From positions 767,479-831,478 of the forward strand of contig NW_005434662.1 of assembly GCF_000315625.1 (NCBI RefSeq): a stretch of DNA of 64,000 bases. The letters run 5' to 3'. This document shows positions 27,611 through 38,319 of the stretch, one piece after another. The stretch is from Guillardia theta CCMP2712 (Eukaryota; Protista; Cryptophyta). The position numbers and the translations under genes are program-made. Position 1 is the stretch's first letter. Each line of letters begins with the position of its first letter. Under the pieces are notes generated by a model that worked only from the letters and a program-made list of their open reading frames with translations, ran no database searches and was not told the origin of the DNA.

Positions 27611-27724
27611 ATGTTATCCAATAGTCCACATCTCCACTCAGACCCGCGCTGTTTACGTGCTACTCTGCGTGCTACTGACGTGCCATCCTACGTGCCATCT
27701 CTGATACCATCTGGTGGCGTGCCA

Positions 27725-27930
27725 TGAGACGATAAGCGAGGGATGGAGCGAGGGAGGGGGAGCGAACGAGGGAGCGAGGGATCGAGGGAGCGAGGGAGCG
27801 AGGGAGGGAGCGAGGGACACGAGGGACACGAGGGGAGAGGGACTAGAGGGAGGGAGGGAGCAAGGGACTAGAGGGAGCGAGGGAGCAAAGGAGAGAGCGA
27901 GGGACACGAGGGAGCGAGGGAGGTATGGGG
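27725..27930. repeat. GGGAGCGA-type purine-rich degenerate tandem repeat
   Basis: Repeated gggagcga / gggacacga units. Confidence 0.8.
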
Positions 27931-28192
27931 GGGAGAGGAGTTGAGGAGCCCTGTCGCGGTACCTGCCAGTGGGGCAGGCCATGCAGGCACCGTAACCAAG
28001 CCTCTCATACCCAACGGTGCAGAACAGCACATCAACCAAATTGACTCGGTCAAGCTTCCAGCATCCGCCGAAGGCTACTTCTTGATCACCTCTGTATGAT
28101 GATAGGAACATGTTGTATACAAGAGCAGGATCCAAAAAGAGCTCCATTTTACTACAATGCACATAATTATACAGCATTGCTGCGCACTTTCT

Positions 28193-31100
28193 TTACTTGT
28201 CGACAATTCTTTTTCCTTTCTTTGTTGGTTCTGATACGTTTTCCTTCCTTCTTCCACGTTGATCTCTTCGCTTCTTCCGTTTGGGGCACTGATCATATCT
28301 TCCTTTACCGCAGAAGGGTTGAGTTTTAATTCCAACCTCAATGATCATCAGCACTTTTCGTTTGACAGGCTCAAGCTCCAGATCAACCCCTGCTTGCTTA
28401 TGAACGCATTCTTCGTCTCTTTTCGTCGTCTGATTATCATGAAATGCATCAATCTGAAATGAAAAGGATCTCCAGCCTTCACCTTTGAGATGCAATACAA
28501 GCCACTCAGTCTTGCATGGAATGCAAGTATTGTTCATGATTGCTTTCAGATTGTTCTCTGTCACATTGATTGATATCTCCGGAACCATGCACACATTAAC
28601 ATCCAGATCCTGCTTCAACAGTTTAGAGAGCACCTTTGACAACTGTTCAGGCGTAAGTGCAGATTTCCAATTCTTGTACTCCGCTCCTCCCATCAATGAT
28701 TTCTCGCTTGCAGTGGTTGGTCCTGTAAAGGTGCCGTCCCTTCTCTGTCTGTCCTGGTTGCGGATGTAGTAGCCCATGAACGGCGAAGCTGCGTCTCTCC
28801 GCTCACTCCATCGTACAGGAGCTAAGTTGGATACGCAGGATTCGAGGATTCGCATGAAGCTTTTCTTGTTTCTGACAGAAGCAAGAATCTCACCTACACT
28901 TCGCTGGTCTTCTTGAATGCCGCAGTGATAAGCGATATTCTTCAGAAGGTCCTTACAGGGAGACCAGCTGCTGATCATCAGGACAACTGCACCAAACGAC
29001 TCTAACTCGTTCGCATCTCGCTTGTACGCATCCACATTAATGGGATTACTCCAAACTGCCTTCTGCTTGTGGATGCCCTGCAAGACCTGAAGCGCCGATC
29101 TTTGGCCGAAAGGCCGTCCTCCCCCAGCACAAACAGCCACGGTGATGGGATCTTGCACAGCAGGTGGGAAAGAGGCGGTCAGTTCTGGAAGAGGAGTGTC
29201 ATGGATTCTCAATTCCACCTCGTTTTCTAATCTAGTCATTTCAGGCATAGATTCTTTACTGCCCCGCCGTGGCGAATTGCTGTCCCACACATTCAGCTGA
29301 GCAAATCCCTTGGAGATGTGCAACTGAGAGACAGGTTCATGCGCAGAAATCTGAAACATGCAGTAGATAGATTCGTCCTTCAGGCTCCTTTTGTCGCGCT
29401 TTACCCTAAGCAGGACCGCTCTGGAGATGTTTCGAATCAAACTGGATGGATTTTTGATTTCGGGGATTCGCCTCAAATTAGACAAGAAAAGCGAGCAGAG
29501 CCATGGGTTGACGTTGTCCAACAGTTGAGAGACTCGTGACTCTCCGAAAAACTTCTTCAACAGCTCTTCGTCCTTGCTCGACGGCAAGATGTACCTAGGT
29601 AGAGAGCGATGAGTCAAGCATATCATTGTTCGATCTTCATCGCGACTGTACTCGGAGCTCCTTGAAACCTTATCGATATTCATGACCAAAGTGTTCGTCC
29701 CCAACATGATGCAGTGAATGTTTGCGTTTGTCAACACCCTCTTGACGAGCACCAGCTTGGCGATCGCTGCGAAGTCCTGCTCAGGAGGAATGGTCTCATC
29801 CATCAGAACCCATCGCTGTTTCCAGTTCATCGCTTCCTTGACAGAGACAGGGGCAACGGTAGTCGTCTCCTTCCACAAGTAGCCAAGAGCTCCCAACAAA
29901 TACCACTTCCTTTCACTTTCTTTCAAATCAAAATCTAATACTCCAAGAAGTTCAGTACTCAATGTAGGAGTTGTAGACCGAATCAACGAGATAAGGTCGC
30001 AGTTCATGGCCAAGCCCATCAAGTTTGTGATGCTTGACACGTTTTGGTACAAGCTCTGCTTGTTTTGTTTCTTCGAAGGGCTGAAGAGAAAATAAATACA
30101 CTGGTCTGAATTTCGCACAAAGAAATCAGCAGCACACAACGACTTCCCACTGCCAGAACAAGCTTCAATCACGCACAAGTGAGTGGTAGCTGTTACGTCG
30201 TTCGCATCCTGTACCAGTGTGTTGATTGGGTTCAATATGCTGAAAAGCCTGCTCGCTTTCCCCGCTGATGATGCCAAGCTTCTTTGTCCGTCAAGAAATT
30301 TGGCAAGGTATCGCCTCAAGGACGATATGACCTTATGCATGTCGACTTTGTTGGCAAGGTCTTGCATAGCTAGCAATCAACTGGTCAAAAGTAATCGGAA
30401 CTAATACTCAGACTTACCCGTAAAGAAATTTTCTGTTCCGCTGTACATTCGATGTGTTTTGAGAGCATACAGGCTGAAGTCGAGTTGCCTCTGATAGAGA
30501 TCAACGTCGTCCTTACTTGCTTCCTTCAGCTCTTTCTGCGCAATTGCTACCGACAATTCTAGACCTACATCCTGCAGCTTGTCGCGAGCCCTTGCGGCCT
30601 TGATCTCGTCGCCTGTGCTTTCAGCCTCCCGAAGCTCGGCCTCCGCAACTTGCTGACGAGCCCTTGCGGCCTTGATCTCGTCGCCTGTGCTTTCAGCCTC
30701 CCGAAGCTCGGCCTCCCTCGTACACAACGTCAAGCCTAGCTTTGCTTCCGCGACTTTCTGACGAGCCCTTGCGGCCTTGATCTCGTCGCCTGTGCTTTCA
30801 GCCTCCCGAAGCTCTGCCTCCCTCGTACACAACGTCAAGCCTAGCTTTGCTTCCGCGACTTTCTGACGAGCCCTTGCGGCCTTGATCTCGTCGCCTGTGC
30901 TTTCAGCCTCCAGAAGCTCGGCCTCCGCGACTTTCTGACGAGCCCTTGCGGCCTTGATCTCGTCGCCTGTGCTTTCAGCCTCCCGAAGCTCGGCCTCCGC
31001 AACTTGCTGACGAGCCCTTGCGGCCTTGATCTCGTCGCCTGTGCTTTCAGCCTCCCGAAGCTCGGCCTTCCTCGTACACAACGTCAAGCCTAGCTTTGCT

Positions 31101-31738
31101 TCCGCGACTTTCTGACGAGCCCTTGCGGCCTTGATCTCGTCGCCTGTGCTTTCAGCCTCCAGAAGCTCGGCCTCCGCAACTTGCTGACGAGCCCTTGCGG
31201 CCTTGATCTCGTCGCCTGTGCTTTCAGCCTCCCGAAGCTCTGCCTCCCTCGTACACAACGTCAAGCCTAGCTTTGCTTCCGCGACTTTCTGACGAGCCCT
31301 TGCGGCCTTGATCTCGTCGCCTGTGCTTTCAGCCTGACTTTGCTCCCTCATTGCGTATAAACGATTCAAATTATATTCGCTTTGCCTTGCCATAATATCA
31401 AACTTGAGAATGTCGTTGAAATTTTGCTGCACGATGGCATTCGTGACTTGATCTCTCAATGTCTCGACACTCTTCTTTGCAGCTTCAAGGGCTACGTCCC
31501 ATGCGTTCAAAACATCCGTACCTTCGTTTCCTCCTCGCATCCGCAGACACGAGTGCTGGCAAACGGTTCTCTTCTTGCTATCAAGGCAGTCGATATGCCG
31601 AGAAGTGAAGCACAGCCCCTGCAGTGACACCAAAGGATCAAAAATCACCCATCCAGTTTGGAGGTCGATCTTTACCTCTGTGCTCGAAATGATAACTGAG
31701 CCCAGCAAAAGTAAACGCAAAGAAGTGACGAGCGACAT
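28193..31738 (-). CDS. Crinkler/CR-effector-like protein (~1165 aa): signal peptide, LRMRGG, tandem coiled-coil repeats, P-loop NTPase, putative restriction-endonuclease-like domain
   Basis: The 445-aa and 727-aa ORFs join in frame through a 48-nt GT-AG intron (30370-30417). Walker A-like ACSGSGKS, Walker B-like WVLMDE, sensor-like IMLGTN, C-terminal RDGTF...GGAEYKNW. Confidence 0.7.
30585..31335 (-). repeat. Coding minisatellite of 105-nt (35 aa) and 72-nt (24 aa) units
   Basis: AESTGDEIKAARAR core x9; unit order A-B-A-B-B-A-A-B plus a partial unit. Confidence 0.95.
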
Positions 31739-32375
31739 GGCTCCCTAGTCACACTTTTCTCCCTGTTGGCAAAGTAACTCAGGTGAACAAATTGTGATGT
31801 CTTCTCATTCTGGTTAAACTGCTATTTGCAGTAAGCAATTTCTCTTCTGTCCATCCCAGCTGTCCTCTCTTCCGGCGCTCACGACATGAGGAGCGACACT
31901 GATGAGGCATGAAAGAGGCATGTAGTGAGTAGAAAGAAGAGAGACACCACAGAGGTGGTATGAGTGGCACATGTATGAGAAGGGATTTTTATCCTGTATG
32001 CCGTACAAGTATGAGTGATATAGTGTACTGAGAGGTAAGTGAAAATCAGTACCAGGATATGAGGAGTCGTATCAGATTTCTCATACTGGGTAGACTTTCA
32101 GAACTTTTACTATAACTCTACTTATAAACCCTAAAACTTTCTAATTCCAAAAATACTTATAAAGCATGGTATGGGCCCGCATCATTGGAGGGAGGGAGGG
32201 AGGGGAGGGAGGGAGAGATAAAGGGAAGGGAGGGACTAGAGGGAGGGACGTAGAGGGAGGGATNNNNNNNNNNNNNNNNNNNNNNNNNNNNNNNNNNNNN
32301 NNNNNNNNNNNNNNNNNNNNNNNNNNNNNNNNNNNNNNNNNNNNNNNNNNNNNNNNNNNNNNNGGGAGGGAGGGG

Positions 32376-34161
32376 GGTGTCCGTATTCCATACGCACATG
32401 CTGCTCAACTCATCAGATACACAAAATCAGCTCAACGTCACACACTTATCCAACGTGTAGAGAATCTCGACGGGGCGGCCTGAGCACGTGGGGTTGACAA
32501 TGGAGGGTTGAGATCAATCTCACGAGTTTGCCAGGAATCGGCGAAGGAGGAGAAGGGAAGTTAGTAAGGCAGTAGACCGACATGTAATTGGTGCCTTGAC
32601 TGGTATTGCTCGTGTCAAGCGGCAGACAACTTTGAGGCTTGCATGCTGAAGTGATGGCGGCTCCTGCTATCAGATGGTTTGAAAGAGTCAGGGTTGGCAT
32701 GAGTGAAAGTATAAAACCTGCTGAATCACATTGGTACACGTCGAATCACTGTAGAAATCTTGTATGATGAGAGAAGTACAGAGCTGTGCGTTGCTTTGAA
32801 TCGCTAACTTCGTCATATTTTGATTCATTTGAGTGCATCTGCAGCAAACCAAGACAAGCGTCACAAGTCGAGGAGATCATGGACGAGTTCAAAAGCATCT
32901 CCAAGACGTACTGCTGCGACGTCGACGAAAACGTCTGATTGGAATAACAGTTGGAACACTTGAAACTTCGTCAGACTCATGTAGACAGCGACGAAGTTGC
33001 ATACGGTGCTGTCACGACAGTGAGACAATGCTCTGGTGCTGCAAGTGTAGCTCAAGTAGTCCTCACTTGACGGAAGAGCATCCGTGAAAATGTCCTGCAT
33101 GCAATCAGGACGAGGAATCGTGTCACGGGTATCAAACCATGTAGGGAATGCACTGCGATTGTCCAACCAGATGAATCGCGTTCAGATTGTTAACGCCACA
33201 ACTGGTTGCCGTCTCTGAGAAGTAACTGTTGTGAGGTCAGTTCAAGCTCCAGAGCGAATAAAGAGTCTACAAGGTCGTGAGGTATGTCGCATCAGGCGTT
33301 AGCAAGGACGTCAACTGAGATGGATTTGAGAAGAGCTGGTTGGTACAAATCCTGTGATGCTTTTCTCAGAGAAAAGATGATCAGTAGACAGACAGGAACC
33401 TTGACTCATAATAGGTGATCTTGTTGAAGTAGGTCTTCTTCTGGCAATTGAGGGGTGTGCATGGTTGGTCGACCTTCATCAGCTGCAGCAAATTCCGTTG
33501 ACAAGGTTGCCTCCTCCTCCATCACTCAACTCACGAGAGCATTCCTCGTGGCCTTGCGGTAGATGATCTCGTACGGGTTGGTCGAGCATGTGCTGTCGGT
33601 ATACCTCTCGATCAGCATCCACTGAGTCGAACACTTGGCCAGACTGCATCTGCAAGTAGCTCAACAAGCGTGAGAGAGGAGCTGGGCGTACTTGGTGTAT
33701 CTTCCCCCGCACGTCTCAAGCTCGCTCGTCCAATCGATCACAGCTCCGCCTTGCGTGAGAGGACGAGCCCTGCCCAGTTCCTTGTGGTCACGAAGAGAGC
33801 AGAGGAGGTCTCATCATACCCCTGGAAGAAGTTGAACTGCTCTGCGGAGTACTGTCTGGATGCGCATGTCGGCTGTGTGCATGAGGAGCACGCGTTGTCA
33901 AGTTCGATCTGAACCCATGTAGGACAGGCGGCGGTGGAAGGAGTCTTGGAAGCAGCTGCGCACATCCTGCAGCACAGGAGTCACAGAAGGCGCTGGGGGT
34001 GCGAAGCACCAACCCTAACAGCCCCAGCATGTTGTTGGTCACTCTGAGAGCACTGGTAGTTCCACACACTGCCATCCTTCAGCCAATCGAGCACAGGAAC
34101 CTCCAGCAGCAGACCTGCTCGTCAGCCTCAGGCAGCTCAGCAACGCCAGCCCGCGCGCCAT
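32376..34161 (-). pseudogene. Truncated / frameshifted duplicate of the Cys-rich surface protein gene
   Basis: Versus copy 1: 11-nt deletion near 34039, ~50-nt deletion near 32497, 3' exons absent. Confidence 0.7.
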
Positions 34162-34465
34162 GGCCTTGGCCGTCCCTCCCGCCATCCCTGGGCCTCACAC
34201 CGGCGCCCTCCCTCCTCCTTCCACCTCCCGCCCCCACCTCTCCTTTCCAAAGCTCTTGGCGCTGCCAGGGGAAGCATGCTAGAGGAGGAGCAACGAGACT
34301 CTGAGAGGGGCTCTTGAGACCAGGATGACTCAGGCGGAGAGGTCAGAGGAACGCGGATCAAGCTCCTCATCGACTCGTGTAAGTTTTGTGTTGTGCGCTC
34401 ATGCACATCGAGCGAGACTGCTGGAAGCGTCGAGAAGAGAGAAAAGGAGTCGATCGACTTGAATT

Positions 34466-36235
34466 CTATGCTCTATTCTTGCATCGTTGCAGGAAAAAAT
34501 AAGCATCTTCACGCCCTACGGGATCTAAACTCACCACCTCCCATTCAGGAGCCCCATGATCATTCACCGAACCCGCGTTGGAGATTCTTCTTAGAGTGAA
34601 CACTCCCTCGAGATGAGTGAGCCTAGCTGAAAACTTGTGTCTGATAACAACAATCAGCATGCGTTGGTGCGAGCCGCAAGCGAACCCACCTGCATGTGCT
34701 TTTTGCCTTCTTATCTAACGAACAATATTCTCTGAAATAAACAAGTTCAACAACAAGGGCACGCGATGATGTATGCTTCACCTGCAGCTGATCCCCATGA
34801 TTGAAGCAACCATGGCGTCAGGTAATTGTATGGTGCTTGTCTGTGAACCATCATCGATTCCCACGAGCAAGGAGAATTCTCCATCAAACAAGAATTTGAC
34901 CACGTGGGTAACGGCTGCTTTCACTCGGAAAGCTTTCTGGAAGTCTTTCTGGTCTTTGAGATCGATGAGGTAGAACAGTTGCGCACATGGTTGACTTCGG
35001 TTGACTTCTATAGCTTCACATCGGTCCGCCTCCTTCGGTGCTGGTACGTTGGCTGCTGCAGGTGCTCTAGGTCGCTCCTGTTGTTCTTCGGCCTCGGCTT
35101 CCTGCACACTAGAATTCAGAGCAATCTCATCAAAGCAGAGGCAGGACCAGCATGATGGCATAAGCCGGATCTTCGGAGATCAGATCTGCTGTATCCTCCT
35201 CCTCCACCGCTTCTGCCTCCGCCGCCGCCGCCGCTCGATCGAGCTCCTCATACATGACGATGTCGTGTTCAGAAGAATGGGGCGGATGATCCTGCACTTC
35301 AGAAACAGGGCCTGACTGTTCGTCATTTAAGAAAGTGAACGAAAGAGGCGCATGCTCAGAGCGAGTGGTAGCAGAAGATCGGTCGAGGGTTTCGTACACG
35401 GGTTCACCAATCCTTTCACCAATCACATTGCCCCTGTTCTGATTCGTGCTCCTCATGAAGTCGTTGGCAGATATTCGGCTCCCTGATTGAGCCAACGCAT
35501 TCACTTCTCGTCGCCGACTTGGCTGGTTGGCATCAAAATCCTCCTGATTGCTGATTTCGTCGTCCATAGGATCATTTGCAATCAACTGAAGTCTTTTCCT
35601 GGATTTCTCCAGCTCGGCCATGGCCTTTTGCCTCTTCTTCTCTAGATCTGAGCACATACCCCCAAGAACACAGAGATTGTGCGGACCAAATAGAGCCACA
35701 CCGCGTCTCATCTCAAAATCCTTGACAAGTACTTTCACACCCGCGGGAGAATTCACGCTCAAATCTCGGATCTCATTCAACTCCAACCCACAAATATTTT
35801 CGGTTCCATCCGTGAGAAGTAGTTTCAACATCCTTCCTCTCGTATCTGCCAATCGGTGCTCATTCGGCTCTGAGATGTTGATGACTTCGTCGATCTGAAA
35901 ATGCTGTTTCACACAGCGACCAACTCGGTCATTTTATTCTTACCTGGAGCACGAATGTTCCGCTCACTGTTTGCTTGTGCATAGACCTTATCCCAGGAGG
36001 CAGACAAGCTCTGCCTGACAGTCTGAGATCGGAGTAGAGCGCGAGCTCATAGAGTTCTTTGTCGGCATCTCTCCCCGTTCTTCTACATGCTCGATGTGCC
36101 TGCAAGCATTCTCATCTCACACAGCGGTAGTGAAGACCTCACCTGTCGCAGCCAGCCATCCTCGAGATGAAAGCCAAGAGACTTGAGACTTGCTCCCAGG
36201 CTCCCAGCCCCACCATCGGCGCCCTCCACTCGCAT
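34466..36235 (-). CDS. RMI1: RecQ-mediated genome instability protein 1 (N- and C-terminal OB folds)
   Basis: LYSDLR...LPPGI...GTFVLQ/IDEVINISEP...RMLKLLLTDGTENICGLE...GVKVLV...RRGVALFGPHNLCVLGG. C-terminal OB-like FRVKAAVT...VGIDDGS. Confidence 0.8.
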
Positions 36236-36273
36236 CCGAGCCTCCTCCTCGTCCAGGTACTGACCCCACAAGA

Positions 36274-36325
36274 TTTCCCGCCAAGTGACTTCCGGAGCTC
36301 GACGGTTACAACGGTTTAACGGTTA
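36274..36325. promoter_or_regulatory. Candidate E2F site plus three (A/G)ACGGTT Myb/MSA-like motifs upstream of RMI1
   Basis: TTTCCCGCC at 36274-36282; gacggtt 36301, aacggtt 36310 and 36318. Confidence 0.5.
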
Positions 36326-36657
36326 TCATTCAGTCACGGCGCCGCCTGGCCACTACTCTGGCCACTACTTCACTTTTCGGGGAAGAGGGGGGATGAGGCT
36401 AGGGGCAATGAGTCATGCCGGGGAGGCGGGAAGGGAGCGCGAGCAGTTGAAGGAGGAGATAAAAGAGAGTTGATCTTGTTGTGTGTATGTTTGATTTCAG
36501 TTGATGGTTGTTCCTGCATTCTTGTCTCTCGTTTTCTAGTGCATTTGCTCTCACTGTTGATGTGGGTCACTCTCGCTTTTTCAAACGCAAGCTGAACCTT
36601 TTGTGATGTTGAATCTTTGACATGGTTCTTTTTCTTTCGCAGAATCTTTCCGTCAGA

Positions 36658-37728
36658 ATGGATGGGCGAAGAAGAGATGTTTCCAGGCACACTCCAACTC
36701 GACTTACAGCCGAAGACCTTCCTCCAATTCAAGTCGTCGTTTACAGAGGAGCGAAGGCAATCGTTCAAAAATTCCCAATAACGACGTTCCTGTACATCCT
36801 CGGGCTTTGCCTTATGCTTTTTGCGACTGGAATGATGCCCTCTGAAGGTGCCAACGAGGAATATTCCCGCTTGTTGCAGGAAGCACAGTATGAGACCTCG
36901 ATGGTGGACCAGCTCGAACGCAAGGTTGCTGCTCATAGCCGGAAGTATCACGAAAGCAGGGGCTTCCTGGGATTCTCTTGCGACAGCTCCTGCATGCGAG
37001 CCTATGATAACTTGCAGAAGCTTCAGAAGGAGCTGAAAGAGGCGAAGAGCCAGCAGTTCCAGGCTCTGTCCGAGGCCAAGTCCAAAGTCGGAATCTTGAG
37101 TTTGTATGCAGTCGAAGAGGCACGTGAGCTGTTCTGGGGAACGTTCGCTCAAGGGAAGGGTTTTGCTAAGCGAGCCAGCATGTGGGACCTGCTCTTCATG
37201 GGCTTGGGTTCAATGGGACGGGACGAGGGCCTCGCGTCATTCATCCTCCGCTTCGTGATACAAGTTCTCTTCAACTTCACACTGGGACTAGTCGGGGCAT
37301 TGCTGGCGTTTATCTGGTACTTGTGGGATGTGGTCAGGAGCTACCAACCTGATCCCGTGACTGCTGTCGTCTCCTTCCTTCTCTTCTCCATCGCTGCCAT
37401 CTCCATGGTGGCGACCTACTTGATCGCCCTCTACGGGTCCGTGGCAGCAAGTGGGTACATGATTGTCAGGACTGCCGTCCTGGGCATCGAGAACGGAAAC
37501 TCCAGAAGTGGTCCTCGGGCTCATATTGGAGGAGGATCCACAGGAGGAGACGACATCTACGTGGGCAAAAGAGTGCGGGTGGTGGGCCTGGCTGCACGCC
37601 CCGAATACAACGGAAGGCTTGGGATGGTAACGGGACAGGAAGGAGATAGAATTTTGGTCCAGCTAGACTTCCCAAGTGAGATTCTCCTCAAACTCAAACC
37701 TTCAAACATCGACGCTCACGTCGACTGA
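36658..37728 (+). CDS. Uncharacterised multi-pass membrane protein with coiled coil and C-terminal SH3/KOW-like domain
   Basis: Long intact ORF; TM segments FLYILGLCLMLF, VLFNFTLGLVGALLAFIWYLW, AVVSFLLFSIAAISMV; C-terminal VGKRVRVVGLAARPEYNGRLG. Confidence 0.75.
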   Translation: MDGRRRDVSRHTPTRLTAEDLPPIQVVVYRGAKAIVQKFPITTFLYILGLCLMLFATGMMPSEGANEEYSRLLQEAQYETSMVDQLERKVAAHSRKYHESRGFLGFSCDSSCMRAYDNLQKLQKELKEAKSQQFQALSEAKSKVGILSLYAVEEARELFWGTFAQGKGFAKRASMWDLLFMGLGSMGRDEGLASFILRFVIQVLFNFTLGLVGALLAFIWYLWDVVRSYQPDPVTAVVSFLLFSIAAISMVATYLIALYGSVAASGYMIVRTAVLGIENGNSRSGPRAHIGGGSTGGDDIYVGKRVRVVGLAARPEYNGRLGMVTGQEGDRILVQLDFPSEILLKLKPSNIDAHVD

Positions 37729-37777
37729 TCCTTCGACACTGGCGTAATAAAGACTTTATAACATACGTCACTCATCC

Positions 37778-37924
37778 TCAGTCGTTCTCCTTGTCGCCTT
37801 CGCCACCCATGTTGAAGCGGATCATCTCTTGTTCTTTCCTCATCAGCAACACGATCACACCGAACATCATCATCCCTCCCATCATCCACCACCCTCCGCC
37901 CTCCGCCATCCACGAGGCTGCCAT
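37778..37924 (-). CDS. Possible 48-aa single-TM microprotein
   Basis: MAASWMAEGGGWWMMGGMMMFGVIVLLMRKEQEMIRFNMGGEGDKEND*. Confidence 0.3.
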   Translation of the reverse strand: MAASWMAEGGGWWMMGGMMMFGVIVLLMRKEQEMIRFNMGGEGDKEND

Positions 37925-38159
37925 CCCCCCGGCCTGGCCCCCCTCCCCACTTCTCCGTTTCTTCCTAAAAAAATTTCATATATATATGTGAAAATTTTTT
38001 CAATTTGTAGGGGCCTTATATAGCAGTACCCACCCTTTCTTGGGTGAAAGTACGTTTTTGGATGGGGTTTGGAGGGGGTGGGTGGTTTTAGAGGGGATTT
38101 TAGGTGAATTTTAGGTGAATTTTAGGGTGTTTTTAGGGTATTATTGTTTGTATGTGTTG

Positions 38160-38314
38160 GTATTATTATTAGGGTGTATTCTGATGTTGATTGTTGTTGG
38201 TATTATTATTAGGGTGTATTCTGATGTTGGTATTGTTGTTGGTATTATTATTAGGGTGTATTCTGATGTTGGTATTGTTGTTGGTATTATTATTAGGGTG
38301 TATTCTGATGTTGG
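38160..38314. repeat. 42-bp AT-rich tandem repeat (~3.7 copies) containing TTAGGG
   Basis: gtattattattagggtgtattctgatgttggtattgttgttg repeated. Confidence 0.9.
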
Positions 38315-38319
38315 TGCAA

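Larger units (their letters stand above)
32376..36237. repeat. Segmental direct duplication, copy 2
   Basis: Matches ~23690-27610. Confidence 0.95.

Noticed and set aside
30585-31335. CRISPR-like repeat array
   Set aside because: The intervening segments are themselves repeated and in frame, and there are no cas genes; it is a coding minisatellite
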